From assembly GCF_963921235.1 (NCBI RefSeq), contig NC_086108.1:49292001-49356000 (forward strand): a stretch of 64,000 nucleotides of DNA, in the 5' to 3' direction. This DNA is from Mobula hypostoma. Its lineage: Eukaryota. The notes beneath the pieces are model-generated. The model saw nothing but the letters and a program-made list of their open reading frames with translations, was not told the origin of the DNA and made no database searches. Numbering within the stretch: the stretch's first letter is position 1; each line of letters begins with the position of its first letter. This document shows positions 13,348-27,109 of the stretch, one piece after another. Position numbers and translations under genes: made by a program.

Positions 13348-16300
13348 TATGCATTGCTATAAGAATTTATCCCTTGTCATAGTGATCAGTTAGGCACAGG
13401 GAGAATCAAAATTTACTGATAAGGATCAGTTCACAAGTACATGAATTTACACAACCAGATACCAGTGTACACACCTACTACGTTTTTCTGACTTTCCATG
13501 AACAGCCAAAGAATAGAAAAGGTTATACCCAGGAAAGGAGTTTTCCCGATCAAACTTCCACATGTCCGACCTGGGGTTATTTATGTCAGTGATCTGTGGT
13601 GGAGCACAAACTGATATATCAGATTTAAGCACTGAGCCAGAATAAGAAGATCAAGGTGTTGAGGCCAAGGGTGAACTGGCATTTGGCTTACTACTCTGTA
13701 GTTTTACTCTCCTCAGCGCAGAACTGGCTCCACTTGTTTGCAAAATTTGTTTTTTTTGCCCAGTGGTTGTTTGATGATCTTTGCTGTGTGGGTTTTTGTA
13801 ATAGGATCTGTTGTGTTTCTTCATTTTGTGGCTGCCTGCAAGGAGACAAATCTCAAGGTTGTATATGATATACATATGTTGATAGTAAATGAGAGTATGA
13901 AGCTAGTTTTATACACCCCAGTCTTGGAAAAAATTACTCTGCTGAGCCCTGTATTAATATTGAACCATTTGATCATATTGCTTCTCAGACTTCGAAACTC
14001 AGTAGATCCAGTCTGCTTCATCTTTCCTTGTGCAAAATCTCTTGTTTCAAGGCCAATCTGCTAAACCTTTGTTACACTCCCTTCATTGCAAGTACAGGTA
14101 GGGATGCCTGTTCACAGTATCCCCAAGACCTTACACAATTGGAGCAAGATATATTTTTGCTCTTCATTTCAATTTGTACCCCAGTGAATCTCTGAACACC
14201 AACACTTTCCATTCTCTCACCATTTAAGAATTACTCTACTGTTTCTAATCTACCTGCCATTGGAAAACCTTCTAAAACCATTTTGTGGGTGAGAGTTATG
14301 GTGATATACTGTGGGTGAGCACACTTTGGTGCAGCGCCACAGAGTGCATGTAGCGATAGCGTTAGAATACGGGGTCGCAGCAGCAGGGTCGTGTGTTTGG
14401 AGAATGGGTAGGTGGAGAGGGATAGGGAAAGCAGAGTATATTTGAGTATATTTGGCAGGAGAAACCAATCGAAGCTGGATACTCTCTACAGTATTCTACA
14501 AGTTAGGAACTTCAATCTTAAGCAATATTTTGCAGTTTTACAAAGAGAAGTGTTTATGTTTTTGTGATAGTGAGAGTTAGAAGCTGCCTGAATAACATTT
14601 TGGGGCAGTACACAGAATAGGTTCTTTGCTGGGCTAGCAAAGCTTGCACTGTAACTTTTAATTGGATTCTGGTCATTTCAAAGTCATTGGACCTCTTGGG
14701 ACTTGGCATTGTCATGTCAAAGGTGCTGATTTGCATCCATGTAGATAAATTTCATTGACTTCGACTAGAATGGAACTATAGAAATTAACTTGATTGTTCA
14801 GTTTGCAGAGTGTCTAAAATCACTTGGGACAACTTGCATGGACTGTGAAACTAGCTTGTAGATGTAATGTCAAAAATTGTTTGGGCAAGCTGAATTTGCA
14901 CTTCAAACACATTCTAAGAATAATAATAAGAAATGAAGTACAAAGGAGAAGTTTTATGAAGTGCATTTATGGAATTTACCAAACTCCTGATTTGTTCAGT
15001 ATGGAGGTAATAAGCACCCCAAGCACTTGACTTTTAATGAATAACCATTCACTATGCTGGCATTCTTCTAATGTGTTTGCAGTTGCTATACACTACCCAG
15101 TATCATTCTTATTCAAGACCGATCAGAAGCAACACTGTAACTTGGTCAAGTCTATTGTATAGGTTAGCTTTATTAAATGTACTGTTTTGTAGTATACAAG
15201 ACTTAGTCTCCCAAAAGACATAATAAGATTGTTAGTGCCCATAAATCACTGGAGGATTGATTAAATAAATGTAAAAGATGCAAGTTATTTTTAACCAAAT
15301 TTGTTCTGCTCTTTTGGTGTTCAAACACCACAGAAAAAGCAAGGCAGTTTATATTTTTCCAAGTATATCCTTTTGGATTGGGATGAATTGTTTTAATTTG
15401 CTGTTTATTTCCACAGTGTTGTCTGAACTTCTGGCTGTGTTCATGTAAACAATCACATAATGCCCAAGTTTGTTCAGTTTTACCAACAATCCTGAATGTA
15501 GTTCAATCATGAATTTCAGTTCATTGCTTAAGTAGTAAAATTGTATGAATAATTTAGGAATAATTGTGAAAATGTATCTTCAGATATGATTTGATTCACT
15601 CCAGCTGATGTCAAGTAATGACCGAGCAAAGGCAGTGGAAGCAGACAGCAGCATCCCAAGACCCCAAAGATCTGTGATCTGGAATTGGGTGCACTTGTAG
15701 CCAAGCTTTTCATTAAAGTTATACTGCTGCTTGCTGCCGCAAAATGAGGAAAGTTTCCCAGATATTATCCAATTCAAGGAAAGCAAGGACAGTCCAATCC
15801 TGTAAATTACTACTCTCTATCATCAGCAAAGTAATAGCTGTCAGTGATGGTGCTATCAAGCATCTTCTATGTTTCGGCAGCCTCTATCCAGCTGGGTAAA
15901 AGTCATCCCTCTGTGCAAATGGATGGAGTCCCTGTATATGCACACCAACAACCGGCTGCTAGAGGATTGGACTACCAGGATTTATTCTGTTTACTCTGGC
16001 CCAGCTAGAGATGGAAGGAAGAGGGCTTCTCCTTGAGGCTATGATGGGATGTGGTCAAAGCTCTGTCTGTTAGATGTACATGAGGAGTAGTTGAAGAGGT
16101 GGATCCTGAGATCTGGTGACTTGTTAGAGAGGTGACCAACTTGGAATTCATCTATGTTCACGTTTGATGACCAGGCCATAAGCAGATATCGAAAAGGAAG
16201 AAGAGCATCCTGAGAGACCTGCAGCTTAAGAGGCTGTAAGGAACATACGGCAGACCAGATGACCCTGCATCACCTCCACTGCCTACGAAGGATAATCTCT

Positions 16301-16404
16301 ATCTTTTAAGAAACTGGCGTCTGGTCTTGGCCATTGAAAAATTACAACTTTTAGCATGGTGTGGATTATGAATACCTTTTCTGTTTTAGTGAGTGTCCAA
16401 GAAG

Positions 16405-16630
16405 GTTGCAGATGTTGAAGCAAAAAGAAAAACTTCTGGACAATCTCAGTGGGTCAAGGGGGTAGGGGTGGGAGAAAGGAAATGTTAAAGTTTCAGGTCA
16501 AGAGCTTGCATCAGGAGACCTGATCGCCAAGACCTTGCATCGGGGACTTCAACCCAAAATATTGGCAGTTCATTTTCTCCCACAGATGCTGCTTGACTTA
16601 CTGACTCCCTCCAGAAGATTTGATTTTTCT
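16405..16630. mobile_element. Degenerate inverted pair of Penelope-like terminal sequences
   Basis: Left part resembles the minus-strand PLE terminus. Right part (cagatgctgcttgacttactgactccctccag) resembles the plus-strand terminus. Hammerhead core is decayed. Confidence 0.45.
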
Positions 16631-18884
16631 TTCACAATCATTAAACGTTGTTTATTAGTATGTTTGTTTGTTGTACACACGTCACAGCTTTTTTATCCAA
16701 GTGCAGCAAGGAAATGGGAAATCAACCTTGGTGAGATCACATCTGTGCACAATTTTGGACGCCTTTCCTCAAGGGATATACTTACCTTGGATTGAATATT
16801 GTATTGATTCTTGATTTGAGAGGTTTCTCTCTTCCTTCCATCCAGTCGATCTTCACAATGCATTGCTTCATGAAGGCTAATCATATTGTCAAGGATGCCC
16901 ATCTCTGTGGCCTTTCCTTTTTCTGTCTTGTACCTTACAAGAGCTTGAAAGTCTTGACATCTGATAGCAGTGGAGAAGAACTGTTCTATCAGATTTTCAA
17001 ACCAATTGCTCATTCACATCCCCTTCCTGGTGGTGCAGCTAAGTTCTTGGACTTTTAACTTTTGGTTATTTTATTATTATCACTTTAGAATGTCTTTGTG
17101 CTGTACTTCAGCCAGCTTTACAATCGTTACAGCATTCTGATCTTTAAGAACTTTCGCTGTACTTAGTGTTTAATTATTACTATGTGTAATACATGAGCTT
17201 CGTGAGAGCAAGGAATTCATTTTCAGATAAACTTACCTGAATATGAATCTAAACATTAAGAGCAAGCAAGTTGGTGTTCTGGAGTTTCAAAGAATGAGAT
17301 ATAGATCTGAAATGTAATCAGGCAGATTAAAAACAGAAAATTTTAGAAACATCCCGCAGGTCAGTCAGCAGTTACGGTAGAAGAAACAATTAACACTTCA
17401 TGAATATTGTATTTCTTATGTTCTAAATCAGTGCCTTGGAAGGGCATGAAGTACCAGACCAGATAGGTAGGGCAAAACAAGTTGGAGCCTGTCCTTTTAA
17501 GTACATGTATTTTTAAACAGTGCAGTGTTTTAATTACTGTCAAACATCCTCTGGCATTGAGTGTTTACTCCTCAGTGTGGATTCTCATTGACTTACCAAA
17601 AATGAAAGTAAGCTCATTTTATTTTTCTGGAAATCCCAGTCTGCTGTACTCTGTACGTCTTTTGACACATCTCTCATTAAGATAATCCTGAAAATAAAAC
17701 TTCTATTTCCTCAGCCCTAATATCTTCCCTTGAGGCTCAGCATTAACTTTAGTTGATAATACTTAGAATTTCTGAAGCGTTCTGAATTGCTCAGGAGCTG
17801 TGTATCATTGCTGCTATCATGGATTCAGAGAATCATTAAGAACAACTGTTAATTATGAGACTTGGTCTTCACTGCAGCTGAGGGCTTGTGATCACAATGT
17901 TTCTATGATTCACTATTGAACATATTCCTCAAGATGGCAACAGCCCAGCAACCGAAATACCAAGCAGAAATGTGAATACTGCAATATAAGAAGATAAAGG
18001 TATTTACACAGGATGCTCCTGTATGCTGCTAAGTCGGCACGGATTATCTGTAAAGTATGTTTATTGTAATTTGCAGGTCTGGTTACATTCAAAAAACCTT
18101 TCCAACCATTAACAGTTTATTCACTTTATGATACTTTGCAGGTTTTCTCTTCTCAGACCTGGTTGTATCAATTTGATTGTATCTCTTTACTCCAGATCTG
18201 TCAAAAGACTATGTCCTTGATTTACATCAGTGATGTCCTGATTGACATGCACAGGTGCTTTGTCATGAATGACATTTCATGATATTTAAGATTTAACCCA
18301 GCAGTTCTCAACCCAAAATGTGTGACCTACTTGAGGGTAGGATGGCCAAATATAATAGGCCTTGAATAATATTAAGGCAATTTAGTCAAGAAGTTTCCAA
18401 AAAAATGTAGCATAAAAAAACCTTACCCAGGAACGTGGTTGTCCCAGTTACATGAAGGATGTATGTGATGTCATCTGGCATGTTATCAGCAGCCAGTGCA
18501 TTTGTTGCATTCTTTTTATCTTGATGACCCAATGTATTGGTGATCTTCCATTCTTTCTCCGTTTCACATCTGGTGACCTTTCCTTTGACCTTTTGCCTTG
18601 TCAAGACATCTCAAAGGAAAATCAGTCACAGTCTGGCAGTGGTACATGGCAGTTAACAGTAGTAATGAGTCACCAGCTCATTGAAATGAAATTTACCGTT
18701 TGCTGCTAATCTTTTAAACCTGTTCTTCCAATAATACGGTGTTTTCCTATTTAAGTTCGTCCAACTCCTACCTCAGTTGTAGATGTTTATAATCACTGGC
18801 ATTTGTCATGAAATGTGTTGTTTGTTGCAGCAGCAGTGCATTGAAATACATAACTAAAAAAATTAATTCACCATAGGCAATATA

Positions 18885-20439
18885 TAATGCCTATGAAAAG
18901 TATTCAACCCCCTTGGAAGTTTGCATGTTTTATAACATTGAATCATTGAATCACAGTTTTTTAATGACACTGATCGACAGAAAAGATTCTTTCCTATCAA
19001 AATGAAAGCAAATTTCTACTAATTGGTCTACATTTACAACAATTATTAAACACAATTGCATAATTACTCATCCCCTTCAAGTTAGTATTTAGAAGATGCA
19101 CCTTTGGCAGCAATTATGGCCTTGAGTCTGTGTGGATATATCTTTATCAGCTTTGCACATCTGGCCACTGCAATTTTTCCCCATTCTCCTTTACAAAACT
19201 ACTCAAGCTCTGTCAGATTGCATGGGCATTGTGAGGGATCAGCTCTTTTCAAGTCCAGGCACAAACTCTCAATTGGATTGAGGTCTGGACTCTGACTTGG
19301 CCACTCCAGGACATTTATTTTGTTGTTTTAAAGCCATTTCTGTGTAGCTTTGGCTTTATGCTTGGGATCATTGTCTTGCTGGAAAACACTTTCTCCCAAG
19401 TTGCAGTTCACTTGCAGACTGCATCAGATTTTCCTCCAGGATTTCCCTGTGTTTTGCTATATTCATTTTACCTTCTACCTTCCCAAGCCTTCCAGGGCCT
19501 GCTGCATTGAAACATCCCCACAGCATGATGCAGCCACCTATGCTTCATGGATGATGTGCAGTGTTTGTCTATGGCTAAAAAGCTCAATTTTGGTTTCATC
19601 AGATCATAGAACCTTCTTCCAGCTCACTTCAGAGTCACCTACATGCCTTTTGGCGAACTCTAGATGAGATTTCATGTAAATTTTATTTCAACAGTGACTT
19701 CCTCTTTGCCACTCTGCCATAAAGCTGTGACTAGTGAAGCACCCAGGCAGTAGAAGTTGTTTGTGCAGTCTCTCCCATCTCAACCACTGAAGCTTGTAAC
19801 TCCTCCAGAGTTGTCTCTTGGTGGCCTCCCTCTCTAGTCCCTTTCTTGCATGGTCACTCAGTTTTTGAGGACAGCCTGCTGTAGGCAGACTTATAGCTGT
19901 GCCATTTTTTTCCCCAATTTCTTGGTGATTCACTTAACTGTACTCCAAGAGATATTCAGTGACTTGGAAATTTTCTTGTATCCATCTCCTGACTTGTGCT
20001 TTTCAATGACCTTTTTGCAGAGTTGCTTGGAGTGTTCTTTTGTCTTCATGGTGTAGTTTTTGCCAGGATACTGACTCACCAGCAGTTGGACCTTTCTGAT
20101 ACAGGTGTATTTTTACTACAATCAATTGAAACACCTTTACCTTCACACAGGTGATCTCCATTAAACTAATATTGTGATTTTTTAAAACCAATTGGCTGCA
20201 CCAGTGATGATATGGTGTGTCATATTAAAAGGGGTGAATACTAATGCAATAAATTATTTTGTGTTTTATATTTGCAATGAATTTAGATCACTTTGTAGAG
20301 ATCTGTTTTTACTTGAACACGAAAGAGTCTTTTTCAGTTGTCCAGTGTCAACAAAAAAGCCAAATTAAATCCACTGATTCAATGTTGCAAAACAAAACAT
20401 GAAAATTTCCAAGGGGGTGAATACTTCTTATAGGCACTG
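18885..20439 (-). mobile_element. Tc1 transposon (family 'C'), decayed
   Basis: Ends (t)aatgcctatgaaaagtattca ... tgaatacttcttataggcactg|TA. Transposase start near 20049 (MKTKEHSKQL). [12 protein letters not shown] encoded around 19270-19305 on the minus strand. Confidence 0.85.
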
Positions 20440-22309
20440 TATTTTGAAAAAAAAAATTTCATAAGTAGTGCAAAAAAAGAGCAAAAATATAGTGAGGTGG
20501 TGTTCATGTGTTTATTGTTCATCCAGAAATGTGATGGTGAAGGCGAAGAAGCTGTTCCTGACATGTTGAGTGTGTATCTTCAGGCTCCTGTACATCCTCT
20601 TCCATGGTATTAATGAGAAAAGGGCATATCCTGGGTGATGAGAGACCTTAATGATGAATGTCACTTTCTTTAGGTTCGCCTTTTGAAGGTGTCTTTGATG
20701 CTGGGGAGGCTAGTGTCCATGATGGAACTGGCGGAGTTTACAAATTTCTGCAGCTTCTGTTCTGCTCCTGTCCAGTGGCCCTCCGTGCCAGGCGGTGATA
20801 CAACCACATAGAATGCTCTCCACGGTACACCAGCAGAAATTGGCGAGAATCTTTGGTGACATACCATCTCCCCAAACTCCTAATGAAATGTAACCCTTGT
20901 CGTGCCTTTGTAATTGCAGCGATTTGTTGGATGTTGTTACGACACCACTCAACCAGCTGATCTTTCTCACTCCTTTACGTCTCATCGCCACCATCTCAAA
21001 TTCTGCCAACAATAGTTGTGTTGCCAGCAAACGTATAAATGGATTTTGAGCAGTGCTTAGCCACACAGCCTTGGGTGTAGAGAGATTACACCAGTGGGCA
21101 TGCATCCTTGAGGTACGCCGGTGTTGATTGTCAGCCAGGAAGAGATGTTACTCCAATCTGCACTGACCATGGTCTCCCAGTGATTAGAACTGAGGGCACA
21201 ATTGTGTTGAATGCTGTGCTGTAGTCAATAAACAGCAGCCTGACATAGGTATCACTATAGTCTAGGTGATCCAAGGCCTAGTGGAGAGCTAGTGACACTG
21301 AATCGGCTGTAGACCTATTGTGGAGATAGGGAACTTGCAGCAGGTCCAGGTCCTTGCTTAGGCAAGAGTCAATTCTGGCCATGGCCAACCTCTCAAAGCT
21401 CTTCATTACAGTAGATGTGAATGCAACTGGGCGATTATCATTGAGGCAGCTCATCCTGCACTTTTTGGACACTGGTATAATCATCACCTTTTGGAAGCAG
21501 GTGGGAACCTCTGCTTGCACCACGTACCTTTTTTCGGTAGTCTTTACTGGTACCTTTGTTCTTGAGACAAGCTTCCTTAAAGTTGCCATTAAAGAACTTC
21601 ATTCAAAGTTCTCTTTTACGAGAAAACATACTGGAGGTACGAAGACATGATCCATTGTCGCTGATCTTGGTACATGAAGACCGAGAAGAACACCCGATAG
21701 CATGGAGGTTCTGGCCCAGGCAAGCAAGAAGTATGCACGAGGATTTTTGGTAGTGTGGTTCTCTCTGATAATTCTTTGAAAAGTCATATTGAAATTGACA
21801 CCATCTATGAACCCCTAAGAGCCAAAGAAATGCGAGGCAATAGAATTCAAAGGGCAACTAGAGGGGTAGCCAATCAGGACCAAGGCAAGTGAACGGAGAT
21901 CAATATAAATGCCAGAGAGAAACACCTGCAGCTGTGCAGAGGATGTTACTTTGGTGATGAAAGTCTGCAAGCTAGTTGCCAAGCTCAGTGAACGCTGCAC
22001 CATCAAACTGGTATGATTGTTGCCCCTTTGAAGCAAGTGGGATCCTCCGACTGCAGCAGTGAGAGATTGAAGATATTCTTGCACACTCATGCCAGTCGGT
22101 TGATACAGGCTTTCAGTGCCTTACCAGGTACACCATCAGAGCCTGGCACCTTGTGAGGGTTCACGCTCTTGAATGTTGTTCTGACTTCGGGCTCTGAGAT
22201 AGAAATCACAGGGTTGCTGGATGCTGCAGGGATTTGCACAAGTGTAGTTTTATTCTCCCCTTCAAAGCGTACATAAAAGGTGTTGAGCTTATCCGGAGTG
22301 AAGCATCAA

Positions 22310-22475
22310 GGAAGGAGGAAGTTTCTGGTGTCGTCTTCCTTTCCAATCCTGAAGAAGGGTCTCGGCTCGAAATGTTGACTGTTTATTAATTTCCATGGAT
22401 GCTGACTGACCTGAGTTCCTCCAGCATTTTGTGTGTGTTGCTCTGGATTTCCAGTATCTGCAGACCTTCTCATGT
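22310..22475 (+). mobile_element. Solo Penelope-like terminal fragment with hammerhead-like core
   Basis: aatc-CTGAAGA-agggtctcggctc-GAAA-tgtt-gact at 22345-22380, followed by the PLE terminal sequence (gatgctg...gagttcctccagcattttgtgtgtgttgct...atctgcaga). Confidence 0.75.
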
Positions 22476-23381
22476 TTATGATTTATTGCCATTCATGATG
22501 TTAGGTTTTGCCTTATAGGACGTAGTGGCTTGAAACCCTGTCAGAGCAGACATACATCTGATTCCTTCTATAACTTCAGTCAGAATTTTTTTTTTTTGTC
22601 CTTAAAATGGCCTTTTGTAAGTCGTACCTAGATTGCTTGTTTAATTTTGGATCACCAGTCTTGAATGCCAGAGATCTAGCCTTCAGCAGACCATGGATCT
22701 CCTCATTAGTCCATTGGTTTTGGTTGGGTATATTGGGTATGTTCTCAAAGACACACACTCATCCATATAGGCCTTGTTGATGTCAGTGACAACTTTGGTG
22801 TTTTCGTTCAGATTTGAAGATGAATCCCTGAATGTTGACCGATCCACCAACTTAAAGCAGTAGTGCAAGCGCTGCATCACCTCCCTTGACTGTACCTTCT
22901 CGGTATTCACCACTGGTGCTGCAGTCTTTAGTTTGCTGCCTGTACGCTGGAAGTAGAAGTACAGCCACCTGATCAGACTTCCTAAAGTGTGTGCATGGGG
23001 TGCTATGGTAAGCATTCTTGATGGTGGGATAACAATAGTCACGTGTGGTTCCACATGTGATATGTTAGCGGTGGTAGTTCAAAGATTTCTACAAGCTGGC
23101 CTGGTTGAAATTCTCCACAATGATAGGGGAAAGCATCAGAATGCAACGTTCGTGACTGTTGATTACGGTGCTTAGCTCCTACAGATGCTCTCTGACATTT
23201 GGCCTGAGGTGGAATGTACATCACCAGAAGATGATGATGAAAAACTCCCTCAGCAGATAAAATGGATGACACTTGACTGCTAGATGTTTCAGGTTAGGTG
23301 AGCAGTACTGAGACAGAACCACCATGTCTTTGTACCACGATGAGTTAACCATAAATCATACTCCACCTTCTACGCCTTTAA

Positions 23382-24213
23382 GTATAGAAGGATGTGGAAG
23401 CCTTAGAAAGGGTACAGAGGAGATTTACAAGGATGTTGCCTGGATTGGGGAGCATGCCTTATGAGAATAGGTTGAGTGAACTCGGCCTTTTCTCCTTGGA
23501 GCAACAGAGTATGAGAGGTGACCTGATAGAGGTGTATAAGATGATGAGAGGCATTGATCATGTGGATAGTCAGAGGCTTTTTCCCAGGGCTGAAATGGTT
23601 GCCACAAGAGGACACAGGTTTAAGTGCTGGGGAGTAGGTACAGAGGAGATGTCAGGGGTATCCCTGATGTTGGGGAAGTCCAGAACAAGGGGTCACAGTT
23701 TGAGGATAAAGGGGAAGCCTTTTAGGACCGAGATTAGGAAAAACTTCTTCACACAGAGAGTGGTGAATCTGTGGAATTCTCTGCCACAGGAAACAGTTGA
23801 GGCCAGTTCATTGGCTATATTTAAGAGGGAGTTAGATATGGCCCTTGTGGCTACGGGGATCAGGGGGTATGGAGGGAAGGCTGGGGCGGGGTTCTGAGTT
23901 GGATGATCAGCCATGATCATAATAAATGGCGGTGCAGGCTCGAAGGGCCGAATGGCCTACTCCTGCACCTATTTTCTATGTTTCTATGTAAGTTTTTTTA
24001 CTCAGAGAGTGGTGAGTGTGTGGAATGGGCTGCCGGCAACGGTGGTGGAGGCAGATACGATGGGGTCTTTGAAGAGACTTTTGTATAGGTACATGGAGCT
24101 TAGTAAAATAGAGGGCTATAGGTAAGCCTGGTAATTTCTAAGCTAGGGAAATGTTTGGCACAACTTTGTGGGCCAAAAGGCCTGTATTGTGCTGTAGGTT
24201 TTCTATGTTTCTA
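23382..24213 (+). mobile_element. CR1 3' fragment containing a second CR1-family 3' fragment (about 23660-23987)
   Basis: ALERVQRRFTRMLPG...; the FFTQRVV..WN.LP motif and the (ttctatg)n tail each occur twice, from two different subfamilies. Confidence 0.85.
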
Positions 24214-24974
24214 AAAGTCTGAGCTGTCCTGTCTTGGTGGAGAATGATGATGTCATTGGGCTGCAGTGCTGCATCCAAAATGGTGCCAGTGAGCCATGTT
24301 TCCATAAGGTAGAATGCACAGCAGTTCCTGATGTCCTTCTGAGTTCTTCAATTTTATTTTCCAGGGACTCTACATTCACCAGCAGAATAGCCAAGAGTGA
24401 GGGTCTAAAGCCTTTGCATGTCAATCTTACCTGGAGACTTCCTCAGCATCCACACTTCTGTTTTCTTAAAGGGGAACTGTACTCGCAACCCAAATCTGCT
24501 GTCCAGGGTTCACAATTTTGAGGATCAATAGATTTTTTTTAAAGCATCTTAAAACAATGTTGTTTATTGTGGTTTCCATGTCTGTGCCTGTGGATTTCAG
24601 CTGCAGTAGTCCTAACTGGAAATATATGATGATTCCCATTGGAGCTGCATGCAAAGAATCACCACTTATCGGTGCCTCCTTGAAGCTATATTTCCTTGTT
24701 TAAGACTCCCCACTTTGTGAATCTGGACATCGCTCATATGATTGTATGTCCTTCAATAAAGATCACCCTCAGTTTTCTAAATTCCAAAAATGCAGATACA
24801 ATCTGTTCAGCCTGTCTTGGTAGGGCAACCCACCCTCTTATCCCAGGAATTAGCCTCATCAATTTCTTTTGGACTACCTCAAATACAAGTATATTCTTTC
24901 TCAAGACCAAAGCAGTCTGTAGCACTCCATGTTTGACCTACCAACATGCTGCAAACTTGATGCATCTGATTGAA

Positions 24975-26095
24975 AAGTTGAAAGTAAATTTATTATCAAA
25001 GTGCACTTTGAGATTCATTTTCTTGTATTTACAGGGAAAAAAGAAATATAATAGAATTTATGAAAAACTACACATAAACAAAAACTGACAAACTGAAAAA
25101 GAAGACAAACTGCAGATTTAAAAATATAATAATGAGAACATAAATTGTGAAGCATCTTTGAAAGTGCGTCTGTAGGTCTGTGGGCACATGGCCAAGTGGT
25201 TAAGGCATTGGACTAGTGACCTGAAGGTCGTGAGTTCGAGCCCCAGCCGAGGGAACGTGTTGTGTCCTTGAGCAAGGCACTTAACCACACATTGCTCTGT
25301 GATGACACTGGTGCCAAGCTGTATGAGTCCTAATGCCCTTCCCTTGGACAACATTGGTGTCGTGGAGAGGGGAGACTTGCAGCATGGGCAAATGCTGGTC
25401 TTCCATACAACCTTGCCCAGGCCTGCGCCCTGGAAACCTTCCAAGACGCAAATCCATGGTCTTACGAGACTAACGGATGCCTTTATTTAGGTCATAGAAT
25501 CAGTTCAGAGTAGTGGTAAATGAAGTTGCCCACATCTGTTAAGGAGCCTGCTAGTTATAGTGTAATAACTTTCTGAACCTGGTGGTGTGCTGTACCTCCT
25601 GCTGGTTGTAGTGAGAAAAGGAGAAGATCTGAATGGTGGGGTCTTTGATAATGGTTGCTGATTCCTTGTGACCTGTTCCATGTAAATGTATTCGATGGTG
25701 GCGAGGGCTGTGCTTGTGATGGACTAGGCTGTGTCCACCATTTTCTATATCCTTCTTCATTCCTGGCATTGGTGTTTCCATACCAGGCTGGGATGCAACC
25801 AGTTAGGATACTCTCCACTGTAAATCTATAGAAGTTTGTCAAATTCTGGTGACTGGCCTGAATCTAAACAAAATTTGAAGAAAGTAGAGGCACTCTCAAG
25901 TCTTTTTGTGATGACACTTTTGCGCTGCACCTAGGACCTATCCTCTGATATGTTAATGCCAAGGAATTTAAAGTTACTGACCCTCTCCACCTTTGTTCCC
26001 CTAGTGAGGACTGACTCATGGATCTTTGGCTTCTTCCTCCTGTAGTCAATAATCAGCTTTTTGGTTTTGCTGACATTAAGTCAGAGGTTGTAGTT
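24975..26095 (-). mobile_element. Rex1/Babar-like 3' fragment
   Basis: MTNFYRFTVESILTGCIPAWYGN on the minus strand, plus the shared 3' UTR. Confidence 0.7.
25179..25487 (+). mobile_element. tRNA-derived SINE with a CORE-like segment
   Basis: A box TGGCCAAGTGG and B box GAGTTCGAGCCC, then gtgtccttgagcaaggcacttaacc (CORE-like). Flanking taggtc repeats at 25173-25178 and 25488-25493. Confidence 0.8.
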
Positions 26096-27109
26096 GTTGA
26101 TTCTTTCACCCATTGTGCCTTTAACTGTTGTCCAAGAGCAGCTCCTACCTGAGTGTCAGTTTTAAGTGCCCCTCATAATTTCTTATCCTTCTGTGACCTT
26201 ACCTCTAATCCTTGTATCTCTGGTGTCATTCAGCTCTAGAATGGCTCCCAGTGTTTCTGTACTGTTCTCGTTCTATCCTTTCAATCATCCTTTGCAATTG
26301 GTGCCTTTGGCTGCCAGGTCTCTTTCTCTTATCCCTCTTTGAAAGCTGTCCGTGGAACTTTGATCAAGCTTTTGTGTCATTTCAAGACTTGGTTCCGTAT
26401 TTTATTTGTTCTCCTGAAATACGTTGAGATAACTTCTAACTTTAAAGGGGCATGTAAATTGCATTTTAAATTAAAATGGCAGTGGATTTGCTTAAGATAA
26501 TTCCTGTTTGGCCAACTTAATAGAGGTCTTTGAAGTGACAGATATGTTTGAAGATTGTGGAATTGATAAATTGCATTATACTTTAAAAGTGTGCTTGAGA
26601 AAGTGCAATGAAACTTTAATTCACTGGATTACAATTTGAATGAGTATGAATAGAAAATTAACTGCAAGACTGAAGGCAAAGTACACTATTTGAATGGCTG
26701 GTGTTTATTTTGGAGGAAAACAAGCATTGTTAGGTAACTCTTGATATAAATTACCTGAATGGGAATATAGGGCACACTTTAAATGCAAATTTTAGACATT
26801 TAGTAAACAATGAAGCTGATAACCAAATTAAAAAAGGGATGTAGACTGGTGGATTCATACAGAATATTGAATAGGACAGTGCAAGAAAAGGCCCTTCAGC
26901 CCATTAATGTATCTGTTGAATTTAATGCCAATTTAAGCTAATCCTTTCTCTTCTGCCTGCCCTTTCCCTGCATATTAATATCCTATTTAACTTCCTCTTC
27001 AACATAACTGTCATCCTTGTTTCCACCAAGACTCCTGGCATGCATTCCAGGTACTTGGCTACTCTTCTGTGTTTAAAACATTTGCCCCTCCTACATTTAA
27101 ACTAATGGG

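Larger units (their letters stand above)
18780..24690 (-). mobile_element. Rex1/Babar-like LINE, long and decayed, hosting nested insertions
   Basis: Minus-strand peptides VNVESLENKIEEL (endonuclease start), PTCFQKVMIIPVSKK...LNDNRPVAFTSTVMKSFERL, TVESILCGCITAWHG. The 3' UTR is split by a Tc1. Confidence 0.75.

Noticed and set aside
25181..25255. Functional tRNA gene (also 36058-36130)
   Set aside because: No convincing acceptor stem or Pol III terminator; the sequence continues into a SINE body.
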